Source: an uncultured cyanobacterium (GTDB taxonomy: Bacteria > Cyanobacteriota > Cyanobacteriia > Cyanobacteriales > CAWUOF01). Taken from it: a stretch of 64,000 nucleotides of DNA. A program made the position numbers and the translations under genes. The DNA lies in assembly GCA_963744145.1 (NCBI GenBank), contig CAVUSO010000001.1, positions 1,998,831 to 2,062,830 of the forward strand, written 5' to 3'. The notes below the pieces were generated by a model. The model saw nothing but the letters and a program-made list of their open reading frames with translations. It searched no databases and was not told the DNA's origin. This document shows, in pieces, positions 62,654 through 64,000 of this stretch (the stretch's first letter is position 1; each line of letters starts with the position of its first letter).

Positions 62654-63385
62654 TTAATCGGCTGTAGCTAATTCGCTATTATCACGATTGCGACGATTGG
62701 TCAAACTATTAAACAACATCCGACCGATCGCTTTAATCAAATTCCCTTCTAGTTCGTTGAACATATTCATGTTCATCCCAAAAGCTGCATTAGCTTCAGC
62801 CACGATCTGATCTGCTGTTGCTTCATCAATATCTAGATCGTTCATAGCTTGACGATAGGTATTTTTAAATTCCTTCTCGTCTGGAATATCTACAAATTCG
62901 TAGAACTCTGTACCTTGTCCTTCTGATAGGTTCATCGCCCGTTGGGCAATTCCCTTGAGAATTTGACCACCCGATAGATCCCCAAGATACCGCGTATAGG
63001 AATGGGCTACTAAAAATTCTGGTTTAGTTGCCGATACTTCTCTAATTCTACGGACATAATCTTCACAGGCTGGAGAAGGCTTAACTTCTTCTTGCCAATT
63101 TTTGCCATAGTAAAAGCTTAAATCCTTTTCCAGACTACGTTTGCGATTAAGTTGGGGAAAATAAATTTTGGAAACGATCGGATGTTGACTGCGACGTTCC
63201 ATCTCTTCTTCCATCGCGGAGTAAACGAAATATAGATTACCCACCAACTTGCGATAGGATGTTTTTTCCACAACACCTTTCAAAAAACACTTGACAAAAT
63301 GAACATTTTCTGCCATACTGTGGGACTTTTTAGTTCCCTCACGTAACTTTGTTGCTAAATTACTACTCATTCTCAAATTTCCCAA
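62654..63385 (-). CDS. ho1: Heme oxygenase 1
   Basis: N-terminal LATKLREGTKKSHSMAENVHFVK (proximal His) and overall HO fold sequence. Confidence 0.85.
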   Translation of the reverse strand: MGNLRMSSNLATKLREGTKKSHSMAENVHFVKCFLKGVVEKTSYRKLVGNLYFVYSAMEEEMERRSQHPIVSKIYFPQLNRKRSLEKDLSFYYGKNWQEEVKPSPACEDYVRRIREVSATKPEFLVAHSYTRYLGDLSGGQILKGIAQRAMNLSEGQGTEFYEFVDIPDEKEFKNTYRQAMNDLDIDEATADQIVAEANAAFGMNMNMFNELEGNLIKAIGRMLFNSLTNRRNRDNSELATAD

Positions 63386-63625
63386 CGCGAAAGTCTAACA
63401 TTCCTGGCGTCTTGATTATGGAAACGGCAAAACAGCCATATTATTTAACAGTAAAACGATTTGATGAGAAGTGGTGTTAAGAATTTTTAAGCATTTTCCC
63501 AAAGTAGTCGGGGAAGTGGTGCAAGGATTCAGATCAATTATATTCATATTCAAGCTAGAATGATAAACGTTGTTTAGGATTACACGGTTTAATGCGATCG
63601 TCAGTTTTGGCGATCGAAACCAATA

Positions 63626-64000
63626 ATGAAAAATCTTATGAGCAATAACCTATCTAACACTGAAGTTCGTTTAGTTCGTCGAGACGGAAGCACAAATATA
63701 GATCCCATTGGTCTACCTCGGTGGTGGGAGTGGAGGAATCTGTTTAATTTTAATAAGCAGATTAACAATCTTTATCATTGTTTGCTCAATGTTAATTGGC
63801 AAAATTTTTTACTATTTATTTTTTTATTATTTTTCTTCTCTAATATTGGCTTTACCATCATATATTGGTTGTTAAAAACTCCAATCATTGGCATATTTTA
63901 TGATAAAGATGACTGGGTTAATGATTTTATTAATATCTTTTTTTTCAGTGTTCAAACAATGACAACGATCGGTTATGGTACTTTGTCACCTAATAGTAGA
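63626..64000 (+). CDS. Inward-rectifier-like (Kir/KirBac-type) potassium channel, 3' partial (runs off window)
   Basis: The ATG at 63626 opens a frame giving ...RWWEWRNLF..., an M1 helix and a pore helix with the selectivity filter TTIGYG. Not in the ORF track because no stop falls inside the window. Confidence 0.7.
   Translation, partial: MKNLMSNNLSNTEVRLVRRDGSTNIDPIGLPRWWEWRNLFNFNKQINNLYHCLLNVNWQNFLLFIFLLFFFSNIGFTIIYWLLKTPIIGIFYDKDDWVNDFINIFFFSVQTMTTIGYGTLSPNSR

Noticed and set aside
1-64000. CRISPR arrays, rRNA and tRNA genes
   Set aside because: No regularly spaced direct-repeat arrays were seen. No rRNA-like stretches were found. No cloverleaf-compatible tRNA sequence was recognised in the intergenic regions inspected.

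Overview
This window is most likely a cyanobacterial chromosome segment. The octamer GCGATCGC (HIP1) recurs throughout, and there are SLH-domain, pentapeptide-repeat, heme oxygenase and ETR1-like ethylene-binding-domain genes. The window has three parts.

**1–24.9 kb, mostly housekeeping.** ClpP (5' partial), an ABC1 kinase, a PP2C phosphatase, an SLH-domain protein, a polysaccharide deacetylase, SMC, a PRC-barrel protein, RimO, hydrolases, YidD, a pentapeptide-repeat protein and a VanX-type dipeptidase. One IS1634/IS4-like insertion sits in this region. Two genes (an aldo/keto reductase and a phytol-kinase-like gene) are each broken by a single-base frameshift in a short mononucleotide run.

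**About 25–48.3 kb, an IS-riddled accessory island.**
- A Septu-like AAA15 ATPase plus degenerate-HNH gene pair.
- A standalone TnpB carrying a perfect 48-bp internal tandem duplication.
- A MITE-like hairpin element.
- An HTH–NB-ARC STAND NTPase with no sensor repeats, followed by an IS701-like transposase and two tandem paralogous TPR genes.
- A roughly 363-aa gene with a DUF559/Vsr-like endonuclease domain, split by a divergent IS1634-like insertion. It can be rejoined in frame across a 6-bp target-site duplication (TTATAT).
- A solo IS inverted repeat, a decayed IS701-like remnant and a truncated FMN-dehydrogenase fragment.
- A third, frameshifted IS1634-like copy that lacks a target-site duplication and lies inverted relative to copy 1.
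- An unknown 259-aa protein, a glycine-zipper protein, a WD40 protein, a Uma2 endonuclease, a second TnpB, a DUF433 gene and an IS4 element with perfect inverted repeats.

**52–64 kb.** A hypothetical protein, an alpha/beta hydrolase and a heparinase-like protein. Then a 1388-aa hybrid histidine kinase whose N-terminus closely matches the ETR1 ethylene-binding domain, followed by a REC–GAF–GGDEF regulator. Then a pseudouridine synthase, heme oxygenase and a partial Kir-like potassium channel.

No rRNA, tRNA or CRISPR array was recognised. The most system-like novelty candidates are the Septu-like pair, the STAND NTPase with adjacent TPR genes, and the IS-split nuclease gene.
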